DNA of 63,282 nt, filler included, from Choristocarpus tenellus KU-1152 (lineage: Eukaryota > Protista > Phaeophyceae): the NCBI GenBank assembly GCA_964200185.2. It is 8 parts of 8 records of this genome, joined end to end, with 100 filler letters (N's around TTAATTAATTAA, not from the genome) between each part and the next. Parts side by side here need not be neighbours in the genome. Positions count along the whole stretch, not along the records: positions 1 to 6,086 come from CAXNAD020008973.1; positions 6,187 to 17,648 come from CAXNAD020002300.1; 6 more parts are not named here. The stretch is one strand, 5' to 3'. A model generated the notes under the pieces. The model did not search any database. It was given only the letters and a program-made list of their open reading frames with translations, and was not told the DNA's origin. Below are positions 1-12,800 of the stretch, piece by piece. The position numbers were made by a program, and so were the translations under genes. Positions within the stretch are counted from its first letter, which is position 1. The number at the start of each line of letters is the position of its first letter.

Positions 1-562
1 ATCTAACCTCACAAGACTGCAGTCTTACTATTAATAGCACAAATATGGATGTGTCAGGTCATGTAAAGGGTTAAAAAGGGTTTACAGTAAAAAAAAAAAC
101 ACATAGCTGATGAACTACCATCCCCCAACCGAATCCCACAAAATAGCAATAAATGCATAGCTGAATATTATGGTAAATTAAAACATAAAGGTTAGGGACA
201 AGGAATCCTTCATGCAATTGGCTCAATGCAACACACAGCCATCCTACTTGGAATGAAAAAAGTAACTTTTCATGACACACCCTATAGCGTCAATCTTGGA
301 ACGACTCATAAACTGCCATGCTGCTGTGCTCCTCTCAAAATATGCTATTACACTAAAATACACACAGACTTCCTCACACAGAAGGCTCATTTCTTATAAC
401 AAGCAAGGCAACACATCTATACCTCTCATTTCACCATTCCTGGACTAGTGCTTTCCCCCTAGCAACTATCCGTGTACAACGCAAGAGTTCTCACCATAAA
501 CAAGAGATCAACAAGATACCAATCAGTAGAAAAAGGACCAACAGTTGCAACCAAAGACTCAC

Positions 563-2046
563 CTTCGACAGGCGTGTACAACAGTATTCTGTGGTACAGT
601 CACATTGTGTCTTGGGGCCTGACTGTCCATGCTAGGTATCTTCACAAACCGAACGCCTCTGGAGTGTACAACTCTGTACCACCAGTTCCCCTCCTCAACC
701 TCGAGGAGACAAGTGCAAGCACACACGCAGAGAGAGAGAGAGAGAGAGAGCAACATCAGCAGAGGCAAATGGGATTAAGAACAGTGTAAGGTGCATGAAA
801 TTATTTGTAAGAAAATGCGACACTGTAACAGATTGTTTCTGCACGGAACACAATAAATGTGTAACATCACATCACAAAAAAAAAAAACTTCGAGGCATTT
901 TAATTCCCAAGATAATACTATCAAAACCTCTTCTGCACACTCCACCCCCCAAATTGTACTTGCGATACATGACGCTAACATGACACATCTTTCCAGCGCA
1001 CAACACCTACACAAAATGAGTTCTACACAAAATGAGTTCAAGCTGCCTAACAAGCCAGCTGGTCTGTTATTGCAACATTAAAGCACTATGTCACGTTTTA
1101 CTATCCCTGCACGTCCAACATTTTTGAGCCCTTCTTGCCCGCAATACACAAGCGCCAAGCTAAACTTTGACTCAAAAACGAACACTTCAACATCAAGGCC
1201 TAACCCACTGGGCAGTTCCCAAAGCCTATCATACTCCCGCCTTGAATAAACCTATACGCAGATTATCAATGCTTCATAGCATCTCCTGTAATAATAAGTA
1301 CGTATATATACTAATAATAAATAATAAGTATGCACATGTACATTTTATTCTACGCCCCCTGTCACTTGTGAGGGAGAACATCAAACACCTACACTGCTGA
1401 TGACCTCCTGCCTCTCACCATTGGTGGGGACACCTCTGCAAGTATATCTTGGTTCTCATGCCTCTGAAACACCCATCCTCCATTCTTGCCACTGAAACCT
1501 TTCACTTCCACCAGGACCCCCTCAGGCACAGCCAACCCAAGGCCTTCCACTTCCAGCACATCGCCAAGGTCGAACGACTAGTCACGTTCGTATCCAAAAC
1601 GTGCAACAACGCCGATGCATGTGATTTACAAGGGTGCAAGTATGAACAGATGACACTATTCTTGAGCACTTTCATGGGAATCCCACCTCTTATCTACAGC
1701 TCTAGTGGTGAGTCAACACTGTCCTCTGCAAAATGAACGAAGCTAGGGGCAGTGACAATTGCTCAAGGTCATACCATCAGGAATGTTGTCTATTTGTGCC
1801 CACGTTGAGGTTGTGGGCTTAGCAAGAAGCATGTGTAATCTTTGGTAACATTGGTAGTGTGCAAACATATACAGGTTTCTAGCATTGTCTTCCCCAAGCG
1901 ACTCTAGGACTAGCCAAAATCTATAGAAAGGCTGTGATTGCTCTGCTTGGGGTGGGTTGTCCTTTTGCACCTTTGCATCTGGTTTAGCTGGCTGAGCAGG
2001 GTCCTCACGAACACTTACGCCACCAGGATGCACCACCTGGAAGTAT
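563..2046 (-). CDS. Multi-exon protein with tandem SH3b-like beta-domain repeats (partial; function unknown)
   Basis: Exons 2046-1971, 1577-1419 and 699-563 have GT donors and AG acceptors and join in frame: YFQVVHPGGVSVREDPAQPAKPDAK/SFDLGDVLEVEGLGLAVPEGVLVEVKGFSGKNGGWVFQRHENQDILAEVSPPM/VEEGNWWYRVVHSRGVRFVKIPSMDS... The Y.VVH..GV.(V/F) motif occurs twice with GWVF between. Probable 5' exon(s) lie in ORF 2988-2578 but their splicing is unresolved. Confidence 0.65.
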
Positions 2047-3250
2047 CTGAACAAGGAACATTCATTTGTGCAGATTCACGTCATCGCAATTGATATTTTG
2101 GGACAGAGCGAGGCAGGACAAAAATCGCGGGATGTCGAAAATTTCGTCTAACATTTTGAATCGCAGGCTGAGAAGCACGTGGAAGAAGTAACATTTGGTC
2201 AAACGGTAGAATAAATGCTCGATTGGAGATGAACACGACTATCCCAATATAGTGAATTTCAGAAATAAAACTAAACCATAACAGATTCTGCTCTGCAATA
2301 ACAATGCCCAACTAGTCGACGCAGCCCAAGGCCATTTAGTAGCCAAACCTTTGCAAACTTGTGCTCCTAGACTCCTTGATGGATTCACAATCGCATCAAG
2401 CTCTGCACACTCACACACATACGCACGATGGTTATGGAGATTCTAAGCTATTTCCTACCAAGTCGGCACGAACACCCTCCTTGCTGTTCTGTCTGGTGGA
2501 GACAGTCCAAACAGGAAGACAACCTCGAGACAAAATGACAAATGACTGCACCTATTCCGAAAGCGGCGACCTCTTATTTACCAAAGAAGAAGGTCACTAC
2601 CTTTGAGCTCAACATTCCTTAGGTGGTGGTTAAAGGAAGTGGTTTGAAGCAATTCGTCTATACTTGAATCAGGCAGATAAGGTGTAGGAGACCTGCCCAC
2701 AAACAATTTCCTGTCCAAGGAATTAATCGCCCGATGCATGAACTGCAAGAACGCGCACGCACAACCAGCACACGCAGGGTTTTTCATACCCACAGGCGAT
2801 GTAAGTGCACGACAGAATTCAAATACCAGGACAATGCTCAGATCGCATTTAGACCGCATACACATGCGACATCTTTGACTTGCTTGCCTGGTCTCTCTTT
2901 TTGGAATCAGCGGTGGTGCTATCACTCTATCCAGTGTGATTAAGGGTGGTTCATCCGAGGAAGGCTTGCGAGAGAAATATTTCAGCATGACTGCTATAGG
3001 GCTAAGCTTCCCGCAACCCCCTCACCCAGTGTCTTGTTCCTGATGTTAAAAAGATTGTTCTATTGTAGTTGGTTATTCAATCCATCCCTAACCTTAATTC
3101 CCAAACTATATTTTAGTAAATTTCATATTGGAAGTAGGATTGTGTATCATTTGTTATGATGTTGATACGCACTCTCACATATTCCTCACCTACGACGTAG
3201 TCGGAGTTGGATCATCCCTGACGAGGGTGGTGGGCTCACAACTCCACAAT

Positions 3251-5451
3251 ATGGAAGTGGATGGTGATCTCCTGAACGATCTGCTGGTGCAGCTCCAGTT
3301 GAGAAACAACGTGGAAACTGAACCGTTTAGGGATGTGTATGGGGCACACAAAGGCATACTCAAGCAGAGCGAGGCCTTCCGACAGCAGACGGTGGCTCAG
3401 GACAAGGTGGGCTTGGGTAATCTTAAGATTCGGAGGTAAAGTTATTGATATCTATATCTCGATGGCGTTCAATGTGCTCTATAGAAGACCCTCGTCAGAG
3501 GTGAGATTTGACCTGATCTCACCAAAGCATGATGCACATTTCACAAGGCACTCCTCTCGTCGACGGGAGAAGATTCACCCACACACCTTCACTGACATTA
3601 TCACAGTGAAATATTGGCCATTTCTATCTATGTAGGGATATAAACGCAACACTGGTTGGTAGGAGTATCTCTTCTGCTATGTTCTCTTCTCACGACCAAC
3701 ACCTACGAGGTCATTCATCAACTGCCGACATCTCTATACTCTTGTCCTTGTCATGGAAGACCCACCAATGCTACTCTTTGCTCATGTCAGGAGATTATTA
3801 TTTTGAGGCACAAGCTTACAGAGGGAATGTCTCGGGGTGAAAGCTCAGATGCTCTCCGCAATATGCAAGAAGAGTTGCAGCGTCTACAGAGTCAGGTAGG
3901 TCATTCGCACGTTCACTGCTCGTCACTGTGTTAAAGAGCTAATGTTGGGTTTTTCGAGAGTAGCGTTGCTCAGATCACTGAGCAACGCGCGGCATTAAGG
4001 GTTATTGAGAGATTACTCAGGAAAATTAAGATGTGGAAGATAGGTGACGGGAAGGCTGGTGTTAAGTGTTGCTGTTTACACTCCCTATAGAAGACGAGGC
4101 TACTGAACTCAAAGAAGTCCAGTGTGAACTTTGAACTCGATTGTCGAACAGGTATGCCGTCCTTGTAAGTGGATTCATAATGACCTATATTGCAATTGCC
4201 AAGACAAGTTGTGTTGTTCAAAGTTCAAAGTGTTTTCTTCCCGTCAACAGTTTTGATGAAGGAAGCTGAGACCCACGTACTGCTTCCAAAAATCCTTCAT
4301 AGATTATTTCTGTTCTCCCCCGTCCCTCACAGCTTCCTTTTATATTGAGAGAGCTTCAACTATGACCTCGATCCCAACTCCGCTATGTTGCCCTCTGCGA
4401 GCAAGTTCCAACCGAAACCCTGACTTTAATCAATGATCCTAACCGACTCTCAACCACACGGTCAGGTGACTGATAAGTACCGTAGCCAAGCAGAGGCTAC
4501 CTCTGAGCAATTACGCCTTATGAAGAAGGTTCAAATCCTGCAAGGGGACCTCAAGCGCACCAGACACAGGTGTCAACATCTCTCTCGCTTGAATCCTCCA
4601 GGGACTCCATTTTTTCAAAGTTCCAAGGACAAGATGTCCTCTTGGTGTTATTTTTGCTTGTATTTGATATCAGGAAAGTCTTCCATGTGTTAGCAACTGC
4701 GTTGTGATCAAATGAGGACATGAGTAGGCTTGCAGAGTAAAATCGACATTTGTTGGTCGTGACCATGACATGCATCTATTGATAGCACCAATCTAATACT
4801 TCAAGCTATAGTATTATTATTAATTGCACTCCATTGTTAGTTTTTTTTGTTTAATCTTTCTAAATTGTGGGCATACTATTGGAATTATTCTGTGTACTTC
4901 TATTGTGCTCATGTGGTTTGCGCCTTCTACAGTTCAACATTTCTGTACAATACTATGACTGCTTGCTTTACTGTTGTATACTACTATGTGAAACAGTGAT
5001 CCATTCACCTCACTACTAGCTACATGCAGTCCTACTGCAAGGGAGGTGTTGTCCACACGGCCTTCCAGCTACACCCCATTGTTCTTGTTGCATGCACCTC
5101 CCCTCCTCTACGGCATGGGCGCCTGCTCTTTGCTCCGTTGACTCCACAATGGGAGTAGAAACATCGTGTTGATCTCTTTGCAAACTTCCACGTGCATGCT
5201 GGGGTTGTTGCGAATCACCTTTGCATTAGCTTGGAGAAGCTTCAAGTGGAGCACGGGGACAGCATGTCCAGGTGCAGGAAGCTTGAGCAGAGGGAGGAAG
5301 AGCAAGAGACTGCTCTCAACTTTCAACGGAAAGAAGTGGAATCTCTGAGGGGTTTGCTAGAGGGGAGGGAAGCTGAGGCGATGAGGATGGTTGAAACGTT
5401 AAGGAAGGAGAGGGAGGAGCTTGTTGCTCGCCTTCTCAAGGACAAGGAGAG
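3251..5451 (+). CDS. ATG16: Autophagy protein ATG16, N-terminal ATG5-binding helix and coiled coil (first 4 exons; 3' part not on contig)
   Basis: Exons 3251-3406, 3791-3895, 4466-4569 and 5230-5451 are GT-AG and phase-consistent. N-terminus MEVDGDLLNDLLVQLQLRNNVETEPFRDVY matches the L..RN..E..PF motif; the coiled coil ends ...ERE ELVARLLKDKE, like the ATG16 EN.ELV.R....K motif. Confidence 0.85.
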
Positions 5452-6086
5452 GTGACTGATACGATGATATCGGCAGAAGAGGAAGACCTGTGAAGGGTTA
5501 GGGTTAGGACTTTGTGTTTCAAACATGTGTTCGAGAGTCTCTATTGCATTACATCATTGCACTGTTGTAGACCTAGGGTCAGGGTAGACCTCAAACCCTA
5601 ACCTCCAACATTAGGGTTGGCATTGGGTGTGTGAGTGTGTTGTATATTTCTTGCTTGAAGTGGCACCCTCCAGTAGAAACAATGATGCATCTCTGTGATG
5701 GGTGACGTCAACCGACTTTTCAAAACATGTGTTAATAATGAAGGGGGACTACACCCTATTGACTAAGCATGACTTCCTCCCCCCACCTCCCCCCAACGGT
5801 ACTCAGTTGGTTTATGCATTGATAGCAGTTGTTCTGTTTGTATTGTTGCATCCACCCCTCTCCCATTCTTCTTTTCTTATCAACTATTGATTTTTTTTTA
5901 AATGTTATTTTTAAATATTTTTCAAAAAACTTATTGTTGTTGATGATCTTCATTTTTTTTTTAATCAAACGCTTCCTTTAATTGTTATCAATCCTTCCTG
6001 TTGATGTTCCCTTTCAGTAGGGGTTGCACAAATTTCCAGTGTGTGACAATGCACAGCTTTGAGACAATGAGATTGGAGTTACCCCC

Positions 6087-6186
6087 NNNNNNNNNNNNNN
6101 NNNNNNNNNNNNNNNNNNNNNNNNNNNNNNTTAATTAATTAANNNNNNNNNNNNNNNNNNNNNNNNNNNNNNNNNNNNNNNNNNNN
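6087..6186. other. Artificial contig linker N44-TTAATTAATTAA-N44
   Basis: Identical 100-nt spacer with stops in all six frames. It recurs at 17649-17748, 34235-34334, 40775-40874, 47336-47435, 52409-52508 and 57363-57462. Confidence 0.99.
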
Positions 6187-7689
6187 ATGAAAAAATTGAC
6201 CCTAAATGGACAGCCGCCACCCCCTCCCAGATACTTTGAGCCTCCCACCTGTCACGCCCTTTGGGTTGACTGCTTCCTTGCTCATGATTTCTCCTTGTTG
6301 CCTGACTTAGTTGCCCCTGATCCCGTATATTCGCTGGACCAGGCAGTGTTTTCGAAGGTGGATCTGTTTCCACACATATCAGAGACTACTGCTATTATGC
6401 GACCTCAGAACCATTCACCGACGCATAACTTGAACTCCCCTCGAACCTAGCCCTGGATGTAACCTGTAGTGAGCTAAAGTAAGCAAGAGTTACTCAGGTT
6501 CAGGTCGATTTGCATTTGAAGTCTGTCTTTGGAGTTTTTGTATTTCGTTTCTATGGATAAAGTTCTAAGTTTGACCTGGAAGCATTTATTTCTCTATTAT
6601 TGCTTGAGAATTTTCTGACATAATTAACAAAATATCCTGTACACATCCATACAAAAATGCTGAATTTAGTACACGTATTCGTCAGCATCCTTTTAATATA
6701 ACTCTGGGTACCTCCCGTATACTTTGAACCAGTATGATGAAGCGAAATTCAAACTTCTGACCATGCCCTGATCTGAGTGGAAATTAGACCTGGCCCATAG
6801 TATATTAAAGGGGGGGGGTGCTTAGGCAAATTTGTCTATTCAGGGCTTGATGAAGCCTGTTTTGCGGGTCGGATTTGGTCAGGGGGATGACAAAGGAAGG
6901 TGTATTCAGATGAAAGAAATTACTCTTTTATCTGACACGTTCGCTGATATGACATTATCTCACTACAGGGTCAGACAGGCCTCGAATGGACTCCTGACCC
7001 CCCATACTATGGGCCACCCTAGGATCTGAGATCCAGTCTTTGACCTCTTCTTCGACCAACTTCAGACCGACCTGAGACCAGACTGAGACCAGGTTCAGTA
7101 AGGTCTTTGAGGAAACAGAACCTGCGAGATCTCTGTTACTGAGAGAATTTAATGTATGGCCTTGAACAGTGCACCTACCCGTGGGTGCCACAGGTTTCTT
7201 AGCAGCCAGAAAAAACTCATACACTACTACTACCAACAGTAGTAGGTAGTGTACGAAAATGGTTATGATACTACTACTACTGACATTAAGTCCTATAAGG
7301 AAATGGTTATGATAATTAAAGAGCAAATCTGCAATTGTGGAGGCTGTGTGGATGCAGGTCGCAGATTCTATTCGAAGTTCATAAATCATGTTTCTGCTCC
7401 CTGTTTTTCAGGTTGTGTATTGCCTATTACTTCTCGTTCCCTGATTTTGGACACACACAACTGCGATTTACCCAAGACCCTCTACCTGTCTGTATCAGTT
7501 CGTCCGTGGGATCCCACTCCCAGACACAATTATATTCTAGCCTCAGATTCGAATATCTTGGACCATCACGCAATTTGTCCTACAACCATTTTGAGTTCTG
7601 TATCTATAGAGAGTAGGTAGGAGTATTTAGGTTCGTCGAATTAATTTCAACACTCTCATTATAATTCTTGAAAAAACACCAAGTATATA

Positions 7690-7731
7690 CCGCGCGAGCT
7701 TCCGCGCGTTGAAAATCGTCTCCCGCGCGAG
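7690..7731 (+). promoter_or_regulatory. CGCGCG/E2F-like motif cluster in the RPL38 promoter
   Basis: Three CCGCGCG motifs (accgcgcg, ttccgcgcg, tcccgcgcg) about 100-140 nt upstream of the RPL38 ATG, in otherwise CpG-poor sequence. Confidence 0.4.
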
Positions 7732-7831
7732 GACCGTAATTTTGTAGTGCAGGGTGGGTGTGGCTGAGGGAGCTTCAATCGGTAGGGTGGTAAAGCAGCA
7801 GGTCGGGTCAGGGGCTCATCTCCCCATCACC

Positions 7832-9892
7832 ATGGTGAGTGAGAAATTGTTTGGCGGCATTTCATTGCTCATCAACCAAATGTATTGTGTAAATTAGTCT
7901 GTTGCGGGTACAATGAAAATCTGTGTACGGTCTATTTGAGGTTGTCTCAATACCCCAAGACCATGTGAGTTAGTTTGTGGGAGTGAAATTACGGCCCCTC
8001 GGTACCTGTTCATGCGTGTTGCACAATGCATTACTATGATAAATTGAACTTCAACGTTCACCACCTTTTCCCCTCTGCTTCTGTCGCTGACAAATCCAGC
8101 CTAAAGAGATCAGCGACATCAGGGACTTCCTCCAGAAGGCTCGTCGGTGAGTCGGCTCGCGTCTTCTGACTCGGGATGACTCCCTATCGTATTGAAAATG
8201 ATGTGTTATTCTTAACCATTGCTAGGGGACGTCATCCTTGTTTGTGTTACCCGCTACTGGGTTGACTTCTTATGAAGTCGCCAATCCTTTTTTGGAGTGG
8301 GAAATTCTACACTTTGATAACAGTGGGACGGTTAAGTAATTTAGGTGCTGCGATGTATTTCGGTTGTTGGTAGGAGAGGCGATATCCTCATATTTCAAGT
8401 CCCCCGGGACGTGATGATCCCCACCTTGTCACACATTAAGTACACGTGAACCCGTTCTGCCCTGATGGATCAGTCTTTTGGACTGCTTCGTCAAGGTTTT
8501 GACATCCCCTAAGCAAGATTGAGTTGATATGGGTAGGTGTTTTATTCGACACAATATGCGCACGCCGTACTGCCCTCACTTCAGGGTCGAACTCTGAGGA
8601 TGTATTTGTCTCCACTTGGATCATAGTGCATGAAATGGTGTTTGCTTAGGGCTAATTGAGGTTTATAAGACACAAACATGTGAACATGATCTGCAACAAT
8701 TTTGCCTGATATTATATATATTTCATGTTCCATACAAATTTGTCGTAATAAATCTCTAGTTCTTTCAGCTACTTTGCCAGTTAATATCCTTATATTTTCT
8801 CTTCGCCTGAAAGGCGAGGGCTTTTTTTAATCCCCGGTCATGAAGTTTGCTTAGTGATAAAGTGGGCAGTTGCATTGCCAGTTATTCTATTCTGCGATAT
8901 AAACGGGGAGGGATGTTGAAATGGTTGTGTAGGGTGGTATTACCAAAGTAGTATGATTAAGGCACAACGCCGTTCTCTTTCCTGGATGCGCCTTTCAATC
9001 ATCCTTAAGGTACTTGTGGTAGTCTGCTATAGGTGGACTGGAAACAACATGCCCCCCTACAGTAGGTGACAATCTGTGTTCATTACTCTTCCTGTATTTC
9101 CGGGTGTTCTGCGTTGGTTGAAAGTAGGAATATGTAGGTAGTGCAAGACGGAGAGTGATTCCCTCTAGCAAGATGAATGCACAGTGGGTAAGTGTCACAG
9201 GTCGAGGTCCCCTACTGTGTTTTTCCAGTCCCACACTGGCCTTTGTTGTTACCCTTGCACTGAAATGATGCAACAATTATAATCAAGAAAAACTTAATGC
9301 TCTCTTTGTGTGTTTCTTGTGTGATCTTGTGGGACATTAGTCGTGATGCCAAGTCTGTGAAGATCAAAAAGAACAAGGAGAACAAATCCACCAAGTTCAA
9401 GATCCGCTGCTCCAGGGTGAGGCAGGAATGTTACAGCTTTGATCCAGTTGTTGACTCGACTGTGTGATAGCTTAACTATTTTGCATGACATGTGGAAATG
9501 TTGACCAGTTGTGCGTTATATTGTCAGAATATCTTCTGTTTTGCCTTGATCTTTTTAGGCTGTCTAGTGTAAAGTAGACTTGTATGCACTCATTATTTTC
9601 CTGTTACTGATAGGACAACATGTGTGGCTGTGTACAAATATTACTTTTCCATCTTAAAAATTTCTGAATATCCTAATATCTTTTTCTTGATCCTTGTTTG
9701 AACACATAATACTCACTGTTGTTTTCTACTCCATGCACAAACAAGATGCTCAGACCTTGACCTCTTCCATTGCGCCTCACCCCTCTACCTCCTTTGCTGC
9801 AGTACCTATACACCCTCTGTGTCACAGACCAGGAGAAGGCAGAGAAGCTCACACAGTCCCTGCCCCCAGGCTTGCAGAAGAAGAAAATCTGA
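7832..9892 (+). CDS. RPL38: 60S ribosomal protein L38 (eL38), complete, 4 exons
   Basis: Exons 7832-7834 (ATG only), 8100-8146, 9341-9416 and 9803-9892 give [71 protein letters not shown]. All introns are GT-AG. Confidence 0.97.
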
Positions 9893-12800
9893 TAGCTGGG
9901 GGATATAATAGGCAGGATGCTGTTGGGATGGTACCATTGAGAATGGGGCGGACAGAGTCAAGACTTGCCTTTTGAAGGCCAGACTTCGGAATGAATGCTT
10001 GATTTGGGACCCATTGCATCACCCATAAACTTGGCTCAGTTGCCTGTTGTAACCGCCTGTTGGAACCACTTAACTACCTGAGACCGAAAAAATATTCTGG
10101 TTTACTGGACACCTCTTTGCTTTTCGAACACAACATGTTCATTTCCTTTTGATCTGGAAAGTTATGCTTGGGGAAGGCTCTTTAAATAGCCGTTTTGGGA
10201 GGAGATTGTCCTGGTCTCCTGGACACTTATTTGCGTTGAATAGAATTTGCCCTCCACATTCAAATGCAATATACTAAATCTCCTTGAGTCTAGGTAAACC
10301 AGAGAATTGACGATCACCCAAGGAACAAAATATGCAGGTATGTGATGAAGGCATCCAAGTGAGTACCTGATTAGTGCATTCTGTTCAGCAAAGGATGTGC
10401 TATCCAGACATCTATGGCTTCCATATTTGGAACATGCCACAATTTTATTGTATACCCAAATGGAGTCGAAATAAATATAAACATTTAGTTTGGGGATATT
10501 GAGGACCTGCCCTCCATCTAAACCCCATAGAGGAACTCCTCATAACTGAGAGACATGTTTAGATGGGATGAGGTGCTGGGAATCCCCCTGGAGCTGCAGA
10601 ATTATGTTCGATGAACAAAGGAAGAATCTCAAAGGGATTGTGTGGGTGCGAGTCTTTGATTTTCGAGTTTTCGAGAGGTTACATAAAGTTGTAGGTGGTC
10701 TGAGATGCCTTCTACAACACCTCCACCATGCCCTGCCCCTTGCTCCATGTCCAGAGTTAACAAGTTTGGGATTTGCTTTGGGCGTAGTTTTGGTGGCTTT
10801 CTCTTGCTTTCTCAAGTTCTTCCTGCTGCCCTATACTTGTTCATTTGGAGGTATCTCATGCTCTCGGTGACACCAACAGACAAAATAATCTCCCCCTCAT
10901 CCTCCATGCAAGCCTTCTCAATATGTATCCTCTTGGACTTCTTACTTCTTGGAGGTAGTCTCCAAGCATGATGGTTTTGGCACTTGTACTATGCACCAAA
11001 CCTGGAAGGAAATTCTGTGACAGCCAGTGCAACATGTGATAAACTTCAGAAACTGCACGAAATGAAGAATATGTGAGATTGCATGGGCTGTGCATGATAA
11101 GAATTTGACACACCCTTTGCGACCGTGGTGAAGTTTGAGATTTGATAGTATTCTCACACTCTGTTCAGAAAAAATGAGCAGTAGATATTCCTCTTTAGCA
11201 GGTGGATGTAGTTAGAGATGACAATCACAATATTCAAGTTATCAAAGACGAGTGTATTGGACAGACTCGTGCTTTTTTCCTCCGCATATATATGTCGAGT
11301 CACCATCCCTGAAAGTGTTTTGAGTTGGTTTATACTTTCTAGAAGAGTAGTATTATCTCCAAATACATATTTTGAGGTCAGAGCCAATTACTGAAACCCA
11401 GAGTGACATCTCCTGTAAGTTTTTTACTGGCTGTTGAATTCTGTGAGGCGGAATAGAAATGGGATTTTCTCATGCATATTATAGCTTGTTGCTGAAGGGG
11501 AACTTAATCTCTCACTGTGTTGAGTGCATACGTGCACTCTGTTAGGATATTAAGGTGTGTCATAGCACCCTCACTCAGTGACGATGATGATGCCTGTTGT
11601 TGGCTTGTTTTGTTGTAATTCTGTATGTTGTGTGTGAAACTGTACTGTTTTCTGTACCACCAGTAGTACTACTACTAATGGTACTATCTATATGATCTAC
11701 CTCATCAACAGATAGGCTCTTCAGTACAAGATTCTTCCTCTTGATTGAATTCGATTTACCATTCTTGTAAACTTAAGCCACAAATCAATTACAAACATAC
11801 ACTGCCGCAGACACATGCCTCTATAGCACGCATTAGCCCACTATGAACTGACTGATCTTATTCTCTCTTTCGCTTGGATTTCAAGACCATTTCACACATT
11901 GGACAAACCATGATATGACTCACTTGACCTCCACCAACCAGTACAAAAAAATGTGTACAATTTTTTTTATGGAAATGTAGGAATGAATATGTGCATTTCT
12001 ACTCAGAAATCTTGTACCACAAATCATATACCCAAGTTCAACTCAACATTGAGGAATGAAATATAAACCCTATTTTGTCGATATAACCTTGCTGGTTACC
12101 ATGTGCACAAGATATGTAGATATAATTCGCCATTTTTTATATTACGTATTTTTCAGCATGTATAAACGATTTGTCCCCATATATCGGTAGAGGTTAATTG
12201 TGTATTAGTGGTCTGTCCCAACCTCCTCTTTATGTACAAGTCTTTTTTTGTAATTTGATTGGAAAGACCGATCGCATATGAATCTTGTGTTGTGATTTAG
12301 TAGGAAAGAACAATCATGTACAAATCTTAGGTTACTAATACTGTGATTACTTACAGTACTTTGTTCCACTGTTGTTCTATGGATATTATTAAAAGTTATC
12401 GCCCCCCTTCTAAACAAATTGTGGAACCCCTAGTAGGATCCTGGGTAACATGGCATCTGTAGAGTGTCATTATGGTTTACCTTACCTTTTACAAGTTGAC
12501 AATGTGTCCCCATATAATATTATGATTATCGGTTGTCAGTGGTTGCATTTTGTGTATTGGTACCATGATAATGAAGAAATGAGTAGCTTGAAAACAGAGA
12601 GGACTAAATATCATTGGCAACAAAAGTGACGATGCCCATGGAGAGAGCAGGGAAGGTAGAGGTCCTGTGTGTGAGCAGGAGACACATGTTCATGAGGGAC
12701 AGGGAGAAAGAAAAGGATTGCTACCGAGTGTGAGAGTTACATGTATGTATTCCTCCTTAGGGATAACTGCCACTTCATGATTGGTTGCATCAATAGCGTG

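Noticed and set aside
2046-2581. Possible in-frame TGA (selenocysteine) from joining TG|gt donors to the exon at 2046
   Set aside because: The upstream exon structure is ambiguous and no SECIS was identified; a wrong junction is more likely.
6131-6142. Recurrent TTAATTAATTAA palindrome
   Set aside because: Always centred in 44+44 Ns; it is a concatenation linker, and ORFs crossing it are artefacts.
6734-6776. C/D snoRNA-like ATGATGA...CTGA
   Set aside because: Only about 43 nt between boxes, a 3-bp stem and no recognisable guide.
10160-11400. Possible decayed LINE RT on the minus strand
   Set aside because: Only a vague GEIILSV...RYL resemblance; no catalytic motif.
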